A stretch of 64,000 nt of DNA from Macrostomum lignano. Its lineage: Eukaryota. Position numbers and translations under genes: made by a program. The notes under the pieces are model-generated. The model ran no database searches. It was not told where the DNA came from and worked only from the letters and a program-made list of their open reading frames with translations. The stretch spans positions 248,001 to 312,000 of the forward strand of contig NIVC01000838.1 in the NCBI GenBank assembly GCA_002269645.1, read 5' to 3'. Positions 48,665 through 62,924 of the stretch are shown in pieces; positions within the stretch are counted from its first letter, which is position 1, and the number at the start of each line of letters is the position of its first letter.

Positions 48665-48946
48665 ATGGCTGCCTCTCTCTCGTTGAAGCCGACAGCTCTG
48701 CTGCTGCTGGTACTGCTTTCGGTGGCATCGGGAGCCAACTCTGCTGACAACCCTCTGGAGGGGCTGGTGAATTTCTGCCGTCAAATCTGCGAACAGGAGC
48801 GGCTGTCAGCTGACAGCCTTTGGCAGCCTCAGCCTCAGCCGAGGCCAGTGAGCCTCAGCCGGAGAACGCCGAGTCTTCAAGCCATCTTCTACAAGCTGGG
48901 CCATCCGCCGGAATCCAGCAAGGACAAGAAGCAGCAATTCTTCTGA
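48665..48946 (+). CDS. Secreted peptide (neuropeptide-like) precursor 2, 93 aa, paralog of precursor 1
   Basis: ATG at 48665, signal peptide MAASLSLKPTALLLLVLLSVASG, LS-RR cleavage site, then TPSLQAIFYKLGHPPESSKDKKQQFF. Putative 5' UTR intron GTAAGT 48549 to TTCCAG 48634, TATTTAAA at 48462 and AATAAA at 49032. Confidence 0.85.
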   Translation: MAASLSLKPTALLLLVLLSVASGANSADNPLEGLVNFCRQICEQERLSADSLWQPQPQPRPVSLSRRTPSLQAIFYKLGHPPESSKDKKQQFF

Positions 48947-49360
48947 TTTCTGCCTCAGAACTTCGACTTTTGATTTAGATTGTTTTGGCAGTCGAATCGT
49001 AGAACTTGGATTTTTTGAAGAACAAAATTTAAATAAAAGCCCCATCGGCGGGAGAAGGTGGCTGACTGTTACGAATCGCATGGTTCCAACGACTTATATT
49101 CATTTTTATTGACAAAAGTTCCAATTACTCTACTGATCAGTAGTCAGTTAATGCCGCTATTCTTCAAGTAATAATTTTGAATACTTGGAATAATAGATGA
49201 ATGCCAGCATATTTCAGTAAAAGCTGCTACACCGAATAATTTGCAACGCGAAGAAGATTCAATCTGTTCTGCATCGCTCAGCCTCACAAGCAAATATTCT
49301 AATAGAGTATTGCCTACTTTAGGACGCTTGTGTCATAACTGAGAATTATGACAATCATAC

Positions 49361-50578
49361 CGCTTCCGCTCCCGCTTCCGCTCCGCTTCCGCTCCCGCTT
49401 CCGCTCCCGCTTCCGCTCCCGCTTCCGCTCCCGCTTCCGCTCCCGCTTCCGCTCCCGCTTCCGCTCCCGCTTCCGCTCCCGCTTCCGCTCCCGCTTCCGC
49501 TCCCGCTTCCGCTCCCGCTTCCGCTCCCGCTTCCGCTCCCGCTTCCGCTCCCGCTTCCGCTCCCGCTTCCGCTCCCGCTTCCGCTCCCGCTTCCGCTCCC
49601 GCTTCCGCTCCCGCTTCCGCTCCCGCTTCCGCTCCCGCTTCCGCTCCCGCTTCCGCTCCCGCTTCCGCTCCCGCTTCCGCTCCCGCTTCCGCTCCCGCTT
49701 CCGCTCCCGCTTCCGCTCCCGCTTCCGCTCCCGCTTCCGCTCCCGCTTCCGCTCCCGCTTCCGCTCCCGCTTCCGCTCCCGCTTCCGCTCCCGCTTCCGC
49801 TCCCGCTTCCGCTCCCGCTTCCGCTCCCGCTTCCGCTCCCGCTTCCGCTCCCGCTTCCGCTCCCGCTTCCGCTCCGCTTCCGCTCTCGCTTCCGCTCTCG
49901 CTTCCGCTCTCGCTTCCGCTCTCGCTTCCGCTCTCGCTTCCGCTCTCGCTTCCGCTCTCGCTTCCGCTCTCGCTTCCGCTCTCGCTTCCGCTCTCGCTTC
50001 CGCTCTCGCTTCCGCTCTCGCTTCCGCTCTCGCTTCCGCTCTCGCTTCCGCTCTCGCTTCCGCTCTCGCTTCCGCTCTCGCTTCCGCTCTCGCTTCCGCT
50101 CTCGCTTCCGCTCTCGCTTCCGCTCTCGCTTCCGCTCTCGCTTCCGCTCTCGCTTCCGCTCTCGCTTCCGCTCTCGCTTCCGCTCTCGCTTCCGCTCTCG
50201 CTTCCGCTCTCGCTTCCGCTCTCGCTTCCGCTCTCATCTCCCTGTCTCTCATCTCCCTGTCTCTCATCTCCCTGTCTCTCATCTCCCTGTCTCTCATCTC
50301 CCTGTCTCTCATCTCCCTGTCTCTCATCTCCCTGTCTCTCATCTCCCTGTCTCTCATCTCCCTGTCTCTCATCTCCCTGTCTCTCATCTCCCTGTCTCTC
50401 ATCTCCCTGTCTCTCATCTCCCTGTCTCTCATCTCCCTGTCTCTCATCTCCCTGTCTCTCATCTCCCTGTCTCTCATCTCCCTGTCTCTCATCTCCCTGT
50501 CTCTCATCTCCCTGTCTCTCATCTCCCTGTCTCTCATCTCCCTGTCTCTCATCTCCCTGTCTCTCATCTCCCTGTCTC
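49361..50578. repeat. Compound satellite: (GCTTCCGCTCCC)n, then (GCTTCCGCTCTC)n, then (ATCTCCCTGTCTCTC)n
   Basis: Three near-perfect blocks with sharp switches at about 49875 and 50236. Confidence 0.95.
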
Positions 50579-50992
50579 CTTATCTCTTTCTCTCTCTTCT
50601 TGTGCAGCTCTCGAAATAGAATACTGTGTTCCCCTATCCCAGTTGCAAGACACGTGCATATTCAAGCCCTTTTGTGGATAGTTCACAACATCAGAAAATG
50701 GTAAACTATCACTGTTAAACCTAACCGCAGCTCCCTCCAACGAAGTGGCGTCTCCGCTTCACATTTTGAAGCTGTTAATAAACTGGATAAAAGAGAGAAG
50801 CCCAACTATATTGACACCATTTAGCTACCGCTTCCAGGCAGATGCTGATTTCGCGTATGCAAAACGCTGCTTAGGGATTTTGGTACATTAAATAACCGGC
50901 TGTTAACGACTGGCACCCAAATTTAGCTGGGGAAAGAATGAGCTGAGCCATCTGAGCACTTCAATGTTCTGTTACTGTTGACATTGTGCGAA

Positions 50993-52385
<1,393 letters not shown>

Positions 52386-52870
52386 AAAAAGTGCAGCACG
52401 GGGCGCGCACTACAGTAGCTTCGTTCAGGCGTCCCAACTTACGTTTTTCACTTGGTTCGGTTTCAGATTCGGGCAGAGACACATTTGCGAGCTTCGGTGG
52501 AAGCGGCCTCTCAACCCCTCTCCAGCTCCCTTCAGCTGTCTCTCCTGCGTTCAGCTCGCGTCCGTCACATATTTTAATTTGTACGATTTGTTACACAAAA
52601 GTTTGGACTATCCTACTTATTAGTAGTCAGTGCGTAAATGCCATTATTCACCAAAATCATAATATTAAGATCCTGAATGTATTCATTTCAGTAATTCAAT
52701 TAGCAATCCATGCACCGACATTGAGACTCAGAAGAGATGCTGAATCAGTTAGAAAACTTGGAAGGTTCTATCCACATATAGTTCTTCATCACTTAGCCTA
52801 GCGGAGTTTTCCAGCACTCACAGATACCAACCGATTCAGGTGTGTGTGTGTGTGCGTGTGTGTGTGTTTG

Positions 52871-55800
52871 CGCACGGGGCATATGTTGGGCCATACGCAT
52901 ACAACGGGACCCGCGCTGTTGGGCCAAAAAAAATGTTGGGACTGTCCCATCAAGTCCGTCCAACACTTCCAAAAAAGTTACAATAGCAGCTCAAAATAAT
53001 ACTCTATGGATTCAGCTCGACAGCCTCTTTTTGATGGTGCAACTCATTTTTAATAATTTTACTTTCTGAGTCCATAATTAAGCAAAAACTGGCGTCCCAA
53101 TAATGAAAAATGATACAAAATTCGACCAAATCACTATTGGGACACTGAAATGGCTAATCTGCTCCCGTATATTTTTATTGGTTTTTTCTCATATTTTTAC
53201 TAAAAGTAGATTTCAAGCGCATTCATTTGCTGCAGTCTTTGTTTCAAGACTTATATACATAGCATACATTAAATACACACATAGCAAAACATAGCAAAAT
53301 ACTTTTAAGGGTATTTTATTGTCAAAGGATGGTTCTGGATGGAGATAAACCTAAAGAAATGACAAGGGCTTACATGTACTTCTGACTGTGATGGGCATCA
53401 GTACTCTACACGAACTAAATTGTTAGGACAGTGTTGCAGTGTTGAATACAACAGCCCACTCTTGTTAGGACTCATGCTATTGACTGCTGCGCGCATTCGA
53501 TATTCTATAAATTGTTGGGACTGTGTGCTAGAGTGTCGTTTACAAAAGCCCACTCATATTAGGACTTACCCCGTACATGTTAGGACTAAGCCCTACCCCC
53601 TGTGTACATGGCTCCAATTTACCAGAGTCCCCTTGCTAGTTAAGTGTACATTTATTTTGGTCTATTATTGACGCCACCCCGCAAACGTACGGTAAAACTA
53701 AATTGGCATGTACTCGCTATGCTGAAATCAATGGTCAACTCTGCCTCTGCCATGGCACCCGAGTCACCATGGTATGGAAAGAACAGCATGGAATGGCACA
53801 GCGAGAAACATGTAAGTGGTATTAAAAAACTTTGTCGGAAACAAGAAGCATTTATATTTAAATGCTATAAAAATACTGCTCCTGCTAAGCAGTACCTACC
53901 TTTACTTCAGGTATATCACCTTTGATCAACTGCCATGTGGCGCAATTGCCAAAGGATCCGTCGACTTTAACCGGTAGGCTGTAAAAGCTTTGAGTAAAAT
54001 TTGACATTTCGTCTGAAATCCATTGACATTCAATAGCCTACGTGTCCAACCACAAAAATGATAAGTTTTGTACTTTTAACTCTCAGATCGGGTCTTAGCA
54101 GCTTCTATAGCTATGCATGCAAGGGCCCCTCAGAGGAGATGCTTAAACACTGCAGTGCATTTTTCCTAGCAATTATTGGGACACGAAGTGTTGGGCCACT
54201 GTGTGTGTGTGTCTAGTTTTTCCGCATTTGTTAAGTCACCTAAAGAACTCAGTTAATAAAGGGCTCCAGAACAAATTGATGGGCAAACGGATGACACACT
54301 GCACAGAGACTTGTTGGGACACATTAAAAACAGCTTATTTTAGAATGGGTACACTTTACTAAAGTAGAATGCTCCCACAGAAAGCTGCAAGCAAACTAGC
54401 ATCTTCTGGAGCTGACATGCAGAGAAGAATGATTTTGTCGTCCTTGAAATCACTAAACAGATATGCGAAATCGATCTTTTGCTAACCCCACCACAGGTTC
54501 CAGTGAAAAGAAGAAACGAAACCCATTGACTAAATTGGCAGTCGACTCAATCGATGCCGACTTCAACGGACCTGTCAGCTTCGAACTCAGGAGAGCAGCT
54601 AATAGTCTACGAGAGTAATGCTAGATGCCAGAATGCTTCACAGCATCAAAGTCTTTAAAGCAGAAGCTTCAATGAAAGGTTAGTTCATGCTGTGGCTGCA
54701 TTCGTTTTCGTGTCTAGAAGCGTTATAACTTTTTGTACTTTTAACTCTCAGATCGGGTCTTAGCAGATTCTATAGCTATGCATGCAAGGGCCCCTCAGAG
54801 GAGATGCTTAAACACTGCAGTGCATTTTTCCTAGCAATTATTGGGACACGAAGTGTTGGGCCACTGTGTGTGTGTGTCTAGTTTTTTCCGCATTTGTTAA
54901 GTCACCTAAAGAACTCAGTTAATAAAGGGCTCCAGAACAAATTGATGGGCAAATGGATGACACACTGCACAGAGACTTGTTGGGACACATTAAAAACAGC
55001 TTATTTTAGAATGGGTACACTTTACTAAAGTAGAATGCTCCCACAGAAAGCTGCAAGCAAACTAGCATCTTCTGGAGCTGACATGCAGAGAAGAATGATT
55101 TTGTCGTCCTTGAAATCACTAAACAGATATGCGAAATCGATCTTTTGCTAACCCCACCACAGGTTCCAGTGAAAAGAAGAAACGAAACCCATTGACTAAA
55201 TTGGCAGTCGACTCAATCGATGCCGCTGCAACGGACCTGTCAGCTTCGAACTCAGGAGAGCAGCTAATAGTCTACGAGAGTAATGCTAGATGCCAGAATG
55301 CTTCACAGCATCAAAGTTTTTAAAGAAGAAGCTTCAATGAAAGGTTAGTTCATGCTGTGGCTGCATTCGTTTTCGTGTCTAGAAGCGTTATAACTTTTTG
55401 TACTTTTAACTCTCAGATCGGGTCTTAGCAGATTCTATAGCTATGCATGCAAGGGCCCCTCAGAGGAGATGCTTAAACACTGCAGTGCATTTTTCCTAGC
55501 AATTATTGGGACACGAAGTGCTGGGCCACTGTGTGTGTGTGTCTAGTTTTTTCCGCATTTGTTAAGTCACCTAAAGAACTCAATTAATAAAGGGCTCCAG
55601 AACAAATTGATGGGCAAATGGATGACACACTGCACAGAGACTTGTTGGGACACATTAAAAACAGCTTATTTTAGAATGGGTACACTTTACTAAAGTAGAA
55701 TGCTCCACAGAAAGCTGCAAGCAAACTAGCATCTTCTGGAGCTGACATGCAGAGAAGAATGATTTTGTCGTCCTTGAAATCACTAAATAGATATGCGAAA

Positions 55801-57810
55801 TCGATCTTTTGCTAACCCACCACAGGTTCCAGTGAAAAGAAGAAACGAAACCCATTGACTAAATTGGCAGTCGACTCAATCGATGCCGCTGCAACGGACC
55901 TGTCAGCTTCGAACTCAGGAGAGCAGCTAATAGTCTACGAGAGTAATGCTAGATGCCAGAATGCTTCACAGCATCAAAGTCTTAAGCAGAAGCTTCAATG
56001 AAAGGTTAGTTCATGCTGTGGCTGCATTCGTTTTCGTGTCTAGAAGCGTTATAACTTTTTGTACTTTTAACTCTCAGATCGGGTCTTAGCAGATTCTATA
56101 GCTATGCATGCAAGGGCCCCTCAGAGGAGATGCTTAAACACTGCAGTGCATTTTTCCTAGCAATTATTGGGACACGAAGTGTTGGGCCACTGTGTGTGTG
56201 TGTCTAGTTTTTTCCGCATTTGTTAAGTCACCTAAAGAACTCAATTAATAAAGGGCTCCAGAACAAATTGATGGGCAAATGGATGACACACTGCACAGAG
56301 ACTTGTTGGGACACATTAAAAACAGCTTATTTTAGAATGGGTACACTTTACTAAAGTAGAATGCTCCACAGAAAGCTGCAAGCAAACTAGCATCTTCTGG
56401 AGCTGACATGCAGAGAAGAATGATTTTGTCGTCCTTGAAATCACTAAATAGATATGCGAAATCGATCTTTTGCTAACCCCACCACAGGTTCCAGTGAAAA
56501 GAAGAAACGAAACCCATTGACTAAATTGGCAGTCGACTCAATCGATGCCGCTGCAACGGACCTGTCAGCTTCGAACTCAGGAGAGCAGCTAATAGTCTAC
56601 GAGAGTAATGCTAGATGCCAGAATGCTTCACAGCATCAAAGTCTTAAGCAGAAGCTTCAATGAAAGGTTAGTTCATGCTGTGGCTGCATTCGTTTTCGTG
56701 TCTAGAAGCGTTATAACTTTTTGTACTTTTAACTCTCAGATCGGGTCTTAGCAGATTCTATAGCTATGCATGCAAGGGCCCCTCAGAGGAGATGCTTAAA
56801 CATTGCAGTGCATTTTTCCTAGCAATTATTGGGACACGAAGTGTTGGGCCACTGTGTGTGTGTGTAGTTTTTTTCCGCATTTGTTAAGTCACCTAAAGGA
56901 CTCAATTAATAAAGGGCTCCAGAACAAATTGATGGGCAAATGGATGACACACTGCACAGAGACTTGTTGGGACACATTAAAAACAGCTTATTTTAGAATG
57001 GGTACACTTTACTAAAGTAGAATGCTCCCACAGAAAGCTGCAAGCAAACTAGCATCTTCTGGAGCTGACATGCAGAGAAGAATGATTTTGTCGTCCTTGA
57101 AATCACTAAATAGATATGCGAAATCGATCTTTTGCTAATCCCACCACAGGTTCCAGTGAAAAGAAGAAACGAAACCCATTGACTAAATTGGCAGTCGACT
57201 CAATCGATGCCGACTGCAACGGACCTGTCAGCTTCGAACTCAGGAGAGCAGCTAATTTATAATCTGCAAGCGTAATGCTGGATGCCAGAGTGCTCTAAAT
57301 AACGAGACTCCTGTTTTCTTACTCGACCGGAATTTGTTGTTTAATCTGCTTAACTAATCTCTGCGTTTCAGTTTTTCAGTTTCACTGTCAATTTTAGGTT
57401 TTTTCCTAAGCGCAAGTGTAATTGAATTTTTTATTCATATTAGTCAGCCATATTGCGGACAGCATTATAGCGTATTAGTAAAGGTAAAGGTAAATAGACT
57501 GCTTATAACTAGTTTTTCCTTCATGTGGATTGGCTTTAACGAAACCTTTTGTATTTCAAGTAATGCTGAATTCGCTGGACTGAGGACAATATAGTTACAC
57601 GATGATATGCTATTCCTTCACTTTCAATAGAACATACTATTAGTATGGGGCGTGCTTTTTTATTTCAATGTATGCTTTTTTTCATCATTTAAATGCAAAA
57701 AATACTTAATAGGTCATTGCACTGTGTGTATGTGTGTGTTTTCGTGTGTCAAAAAAAATTGCAAAATAAGTGCCCACCATTGTATACCGTACCAACAAGT
57801 GCCCGGTGCG
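52871..57810. mobile_element. ~4.9-kb putative non-autonomous TIR element inserted in a (TG)n tract
   Basis: Left end CGCACGGGGCATATGTTGGGCCATACGCATACAACGGG resembles the reverse complement of the right end CGCACCGGGCACTTGTTGGTACGGTATACAATGGT. (TG)n lies on both sides in the same orientation, and TGTT[G/A]GG[A/C]C motifs recur inside. Confidence 0.55.
54062..57256. repeat. Tandem array of a ~663-bp unit, about 4.8 copies
   Basis: TGTACTTTTAACTCTCAGATCGGG recurs with its first G at 54070, 54735, 55400, 56061 and 56723. Confidence 0.95.
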
Positions 57811-57811
57811 T

Positions 57812-57844
<33 letters not shown>

Positions 57845-57872
57845 GTGTGTGGCACTTCTTTGAATTCATTGA

Positions 57873-58784
<912 letters not shown>

Positions 58785-59771
58785 TAATCACTTAACCATT
58801 GTCTACCATTACCTAATGCTATTCCCTGCATTTGGAGGAAATTTTGGAACAATATAAGGTGACACAAACAGGTTAATACAATAAGTCATTGTCTCTATGC
58901 TCACGCTGACTTATATATTCATACTAGTACGGTAAAAATCAACTCTTATTGTGTTCACTCTGTTTATGTAGCAGAATGCCTACACATCTATTGCGGCATT
59001 GTTGCGGGGCACATGTGCCTACTAGTCTATCATTATATGGATCTCCATTTCTCTTCAAATCAGATTCGTGGGTCAGTCACGTTGGCTATAGAAATTTGCT
59101 TCAAGACTTGCACAATGGGTTGCGATAGCCTTTTGTTCGACTGCCTATGGTCCAGCTTGAAGCTCGAGTGAATAGCTCACAATACAGGTGCCTTGATTGC
59201 GTCATTACAGAGCTGCTCATGGCATAACCATGACTGATATTTTTTTATTCCCAATTCTATCTTAAAGAAATCCTTATTTCAAAACCACTAATTAGTGCTT
59301 CCATTGTGCCGCTCCTGCTGTTGGTTTTGCTTTGCCCCTGAAGGCGAATTTGTGTCCGAATCAACATGCTGAAATTCGGACAGAACCCCGAGTTTGAATG
59401 TGCGAAGGCAGGTGCGATATTGGTTCGCATTCCACGTGCTGCCCTTTTTCGATGTCTACATTAATTCCTTTTTAAAAGAAGACTCTACCAAATTCGATTA
59501 ATTTCAGGAAAGACAAGATAAATGAAAAAAAACTGAAATTAGGCGAAAATTACTCGATGCTTATCTTTTATTGCGGCTTTCTTTGATGTTTTGGCACGAG
59601 TGAAAGAGAGAAAACATGAGAATTTGAGTGACATCCGCGTTTAAATAATGAGTCTCTTTTTTAATGAACACATTGATACTTAATACAATTTGTACCAATC
59701 GGTTCTATTGCATATTTTCAGATTTGAACCGTCTCATTGGAAAGGCCATCCTCAGAACCCATCATTCAGAG

Positions 59772-61580
59772 TGGCCGCTACCCCATTCCCTGTCTTTTAT
59801 TAAGGCCGCTACCCCATCCCCTGTCCTTTATTGAGGCCGCTACCCCATCCCCTGTCTTTTAATGATGCTGCTACCCCATCCCCTGTCTTTTATTAAGGCC
59901 GCTACCCCATCCCCTGTCCTTTATTGAGGCCGCTACCCCATCCCCTGTCTTTTAATGATGCTGCTACCCCGTCCCATGAACTTTAATGAGGCCGCTACCC
60001 CATCCCATGAACTTTAATGAGGCCGCTACCCAATCCCATGAACTTTAATGAGGCCGCTACCCAATCCCATGAACTTTAATGAGGCCGCTACCCCATCCCC
60101 TGTCTTTTAATGAGGCCGCTACCCCATCCCCTGTCCTTTATTGAGGCCGCTACCCCATCCTCTGTCTTTTAATGATGCTGCTACCCCGTCCCATGAACTC
60201 TAATGAGGCCGCTACCCAATCCCATGAACTTTAATGAGGCCGCTACCCAATCCCATGAACTTTAATGAGGCCGCTACCCCATCCCCTGTCTTTTAATGAG
60301 GCCGCTACCCCATCCCCTGTCCTTTATTGAGGCCGCTACCCCATCCTCTGTCTTTTAATGATGCTGCTACCCCGTCCCATGAACTTTAATGAGGCCGCTA
60401 CCCCATCCCCTGTCTTTTAATGAGGCCGCTACCCCATCCCCTGTCCTTTATTGAGGCCGCTACCCCATCCTCTGTCTTTTAATGATGCTGCTACCCCATC
60501 CCCTGTCCTTTATTGAGGCCGCTACCTATACCCTGTCTTTTAATGAGGCCGCTACCCCATCCCCTGTCCTTTATTGAGGCCGCTACCCCATCCTCTGTCT
60601 TTTAATGATGCTGCTACCCCATCCCCTGTCCTTTATTGAGGCCGCTACCTATACCCTGTCTTTTAATGATGCCGCCACCCCATCCCATGTCTTTTAACGA
60701 TGCCGCTACCCCATCCCCTGTCTTTTAATGAGGCCGCTACCTATACCCTGTCTTTTAATGATGCCGCTACCCCATCCCCTGTCTTTTAATGAGGCCGCTA
60801 CCCCATCCCCTGTCCTTTAATGAGGCCGCTACCCCATCCCCTGTCCTTTATTGATTCCGCTACCCCATCCCCTGTCTTTTAATGAGGCCGCTACCCCATC
60901 CCCTGTCCTTTAATGAGGCCGCTACCCCATCCCCTGTCCTTTATTGATTCCGCTACCCCATCCCCTGTCTTTTAATGAGGCCGCTACCCAATCCCCTGAA
61001 CTTAAATGAGGCCGCTACCCCATCCACTGTCCTTTATTGAGGCCGCTACCTATACCCTGTCTTTTAATGATGCCGCTACCCCATCCCCTGTCTTTTAATG
61101 AGGCCGCTACTCCATCCCATGTCTTTTAACGATGCCGCTACCCCATCCCCTGTCTTTTAATGAGGCCGCTACCTATACCCTGTCTTTTAATGATGCCGCT
61201 ACCCCATCCCCTGTCTTTTAATGAGGCCGCTACCCCATCCTCTGTCCTTTATTGAGGCCGCTACCCCATCCCCTGTCTTTTAATGATGCTGCTACCCCGT
61301 CCCATGAACTCTAATGAGGCCGCTACCCAATCCCATGAACTTTAATGGGGGCCGCTACCCTATCCCATGAACTTTAATGGGGCCGCTACCCTATCACCTG
61401 AACTTTAATGAGGCCGCTACCCCATCCTCTGTACTCTAATAAGGCCGCTACCCCATCCCATGAACTTTAATGGGGCCGCTACCCCATCTCCTGAACTTTA
61501 ATGGGGCTGCTACCCCATCCCTGTACTCTAATGAGGCCGCTACCCCATCCCCTGAATTTTAATGGGGCCGCTTCCCCTTT
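59772..61580. repeat. 31-bp minisatellite (GAGGCCGCTACCCCATCCCCTGTCTTTTAAT)
   Basis: About 58 copies with variant patterning. Confidence 0.95.
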
Positions 61581-62056
61581 CCCCTGTTCTTCAGCGAGGC
61601 CACTTGTTTGATTTATCATCTGGTGTTAAGTTGCCAAGACTTGAAACTAATCCTCAAAGTCAACAAACAAAGTTACAAACTCACTTTACAAACAAATAAA
61701 ACAGAGTGTACAAGCAGAAGAACAAACAAAACTAATTAATATCGTGCAACCCAGTTTAACCCAGACACCGAAGTGCTAACAATCTGCCACGCCTGATACC
61801 AACAGACGCGCAGCTATAGTCGGCAAAACTTCAAAGAAGGCTGCCATTGCGCTCCGGCAGTCGCCGACAGACAGATAAGAAAATCCGGCCGCTATCGCAC
61901 CTCCTGATATAGCTAATTAATTAGCTCACCTGCCTATCTCTCTTTAGAGTCAGTTTTTTATTCACTGCCCGCCAGTCCCCCACACCGTGAAGTGGTCTCA
62001 ATTAACCTGCAGTTAATTAACCTGCTTCGTCACACGTGCAGCTCCCGGTGTGCCAG

Positions 62057-62154
62057 CCAATCAGAGAGCTCGGCTTTCTACTGGCCTTTGGTTTGGCGCT
62101 AGCAATGGAGGGCGAGAGGTGCGAACTCGAGAAAGAGGGAAGAAGATTATAAAA
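62057..62154 (+). promoter_or_regulatory. Candidate CCAAT box (62057-62061) and TATA box (62148-62154)
   Basis: AGCCAATCAG and TATAAAAG upstream of ORF 62237. Confidence 0.5.
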
Positions 62155-62236
62155 GGTAAACCCTGCTACCCGTTGATCTACTTGAGATTCGAAAGCCAAA
62201 TAAGATAACTAATTAGTCATATCGCAGGTAATCAGC

Positions 62237-62527
62237 ATGGCTTGCAGAAGAATCAGCTTTGATGGCTTCAGGCCCAGCAGCAGCGTGGCGGTGCTGCGGG
62301 AGCGACTTCAGAGCTTAGCGTCGGGAACTTCAACGAGTGTTGTGATCGAACTTGGTGAGACTGAGGTGAGCTGCCATCTGCCAGAGTTCTACCATAGACA
62401 ACCTCTGCAGCTCAAGAACATCGCGGCTCCTGCTCAGGATTCAACTGGCTGCGTGCTCAGGACCCACTACCCGCTGGCGAAGGAGAACCAGTCAGGTCTG
62501 GCACTGGCTGACTCATCAAATCGATAG
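62237..62527 (+). CDS. Small hypothetical protein, 96 aa
   Basis: ATG in CAGCATGG context, GC3-rich island in AT-rich surroundings, upstream CCAAT/TATA. No recognisable domain. Confidence 0.5.
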   Translation: MACRRISFDGFRPSSSVAVLRERLQSLASGTSTSVVIELGETEVSCHLPEFYHRQPLQLKNIAAPAQDSTGCVLRTHYPLAKENQSGLALADSSNR

Positions 62528-62924
62528 ATCATATGAGCCTCTGAACGTTTTGTATTTACGTTTTGTATTTGCATAGAAACTGTTTCGTATATCTTGTATA
62601 CTGTGCATGCTTTGTGTTCCAGAGCTCATATTGGGCTGTGATAACTCTTGTGAATAGTTTCATGTACTTTCCATGCTGCATGTACTTTTATGCAAATATT
62701 CTTTTAATCTCAAAGTGACAGCAATACAAATTTTATAAATATACTTGCAAAAATGATTTGTCATTTTTAACATAAATTCACATTGACTTAAAAATTTGTT
62801 AAATTTTGCCGGCAGTGGTGGAGAAAGTCAGCAATTCGGAGCACAGTGCATTGTACTAAACGTATCAGAGAGAGCTGAATTATTTTATGTATTTGCGCAG
62901 GTTCAGCTAACATACAAATTTTCC

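Noticed and set aside
53733-53772. GQLCLCHGTRVTM resembling the PIF1/Helitron helicase LCNGTR motif
   Set aside because: Isolated short match with no surrounding helicase motifs in frame.
54085-54125. CGGGTCTT...TGCATG in the 663-bp unit resembling a flatworm spliced-leader exon ending in ATG
   Set aside because: Not followed by a GT donor, and no Sm site at the expected position.
59040-59230. Minus-strand HEQLC...LDHRQ resembling a hAT transposase segment
   Set aside because: The spacing does not match, there are in-frame stops, and there are no TIRs.
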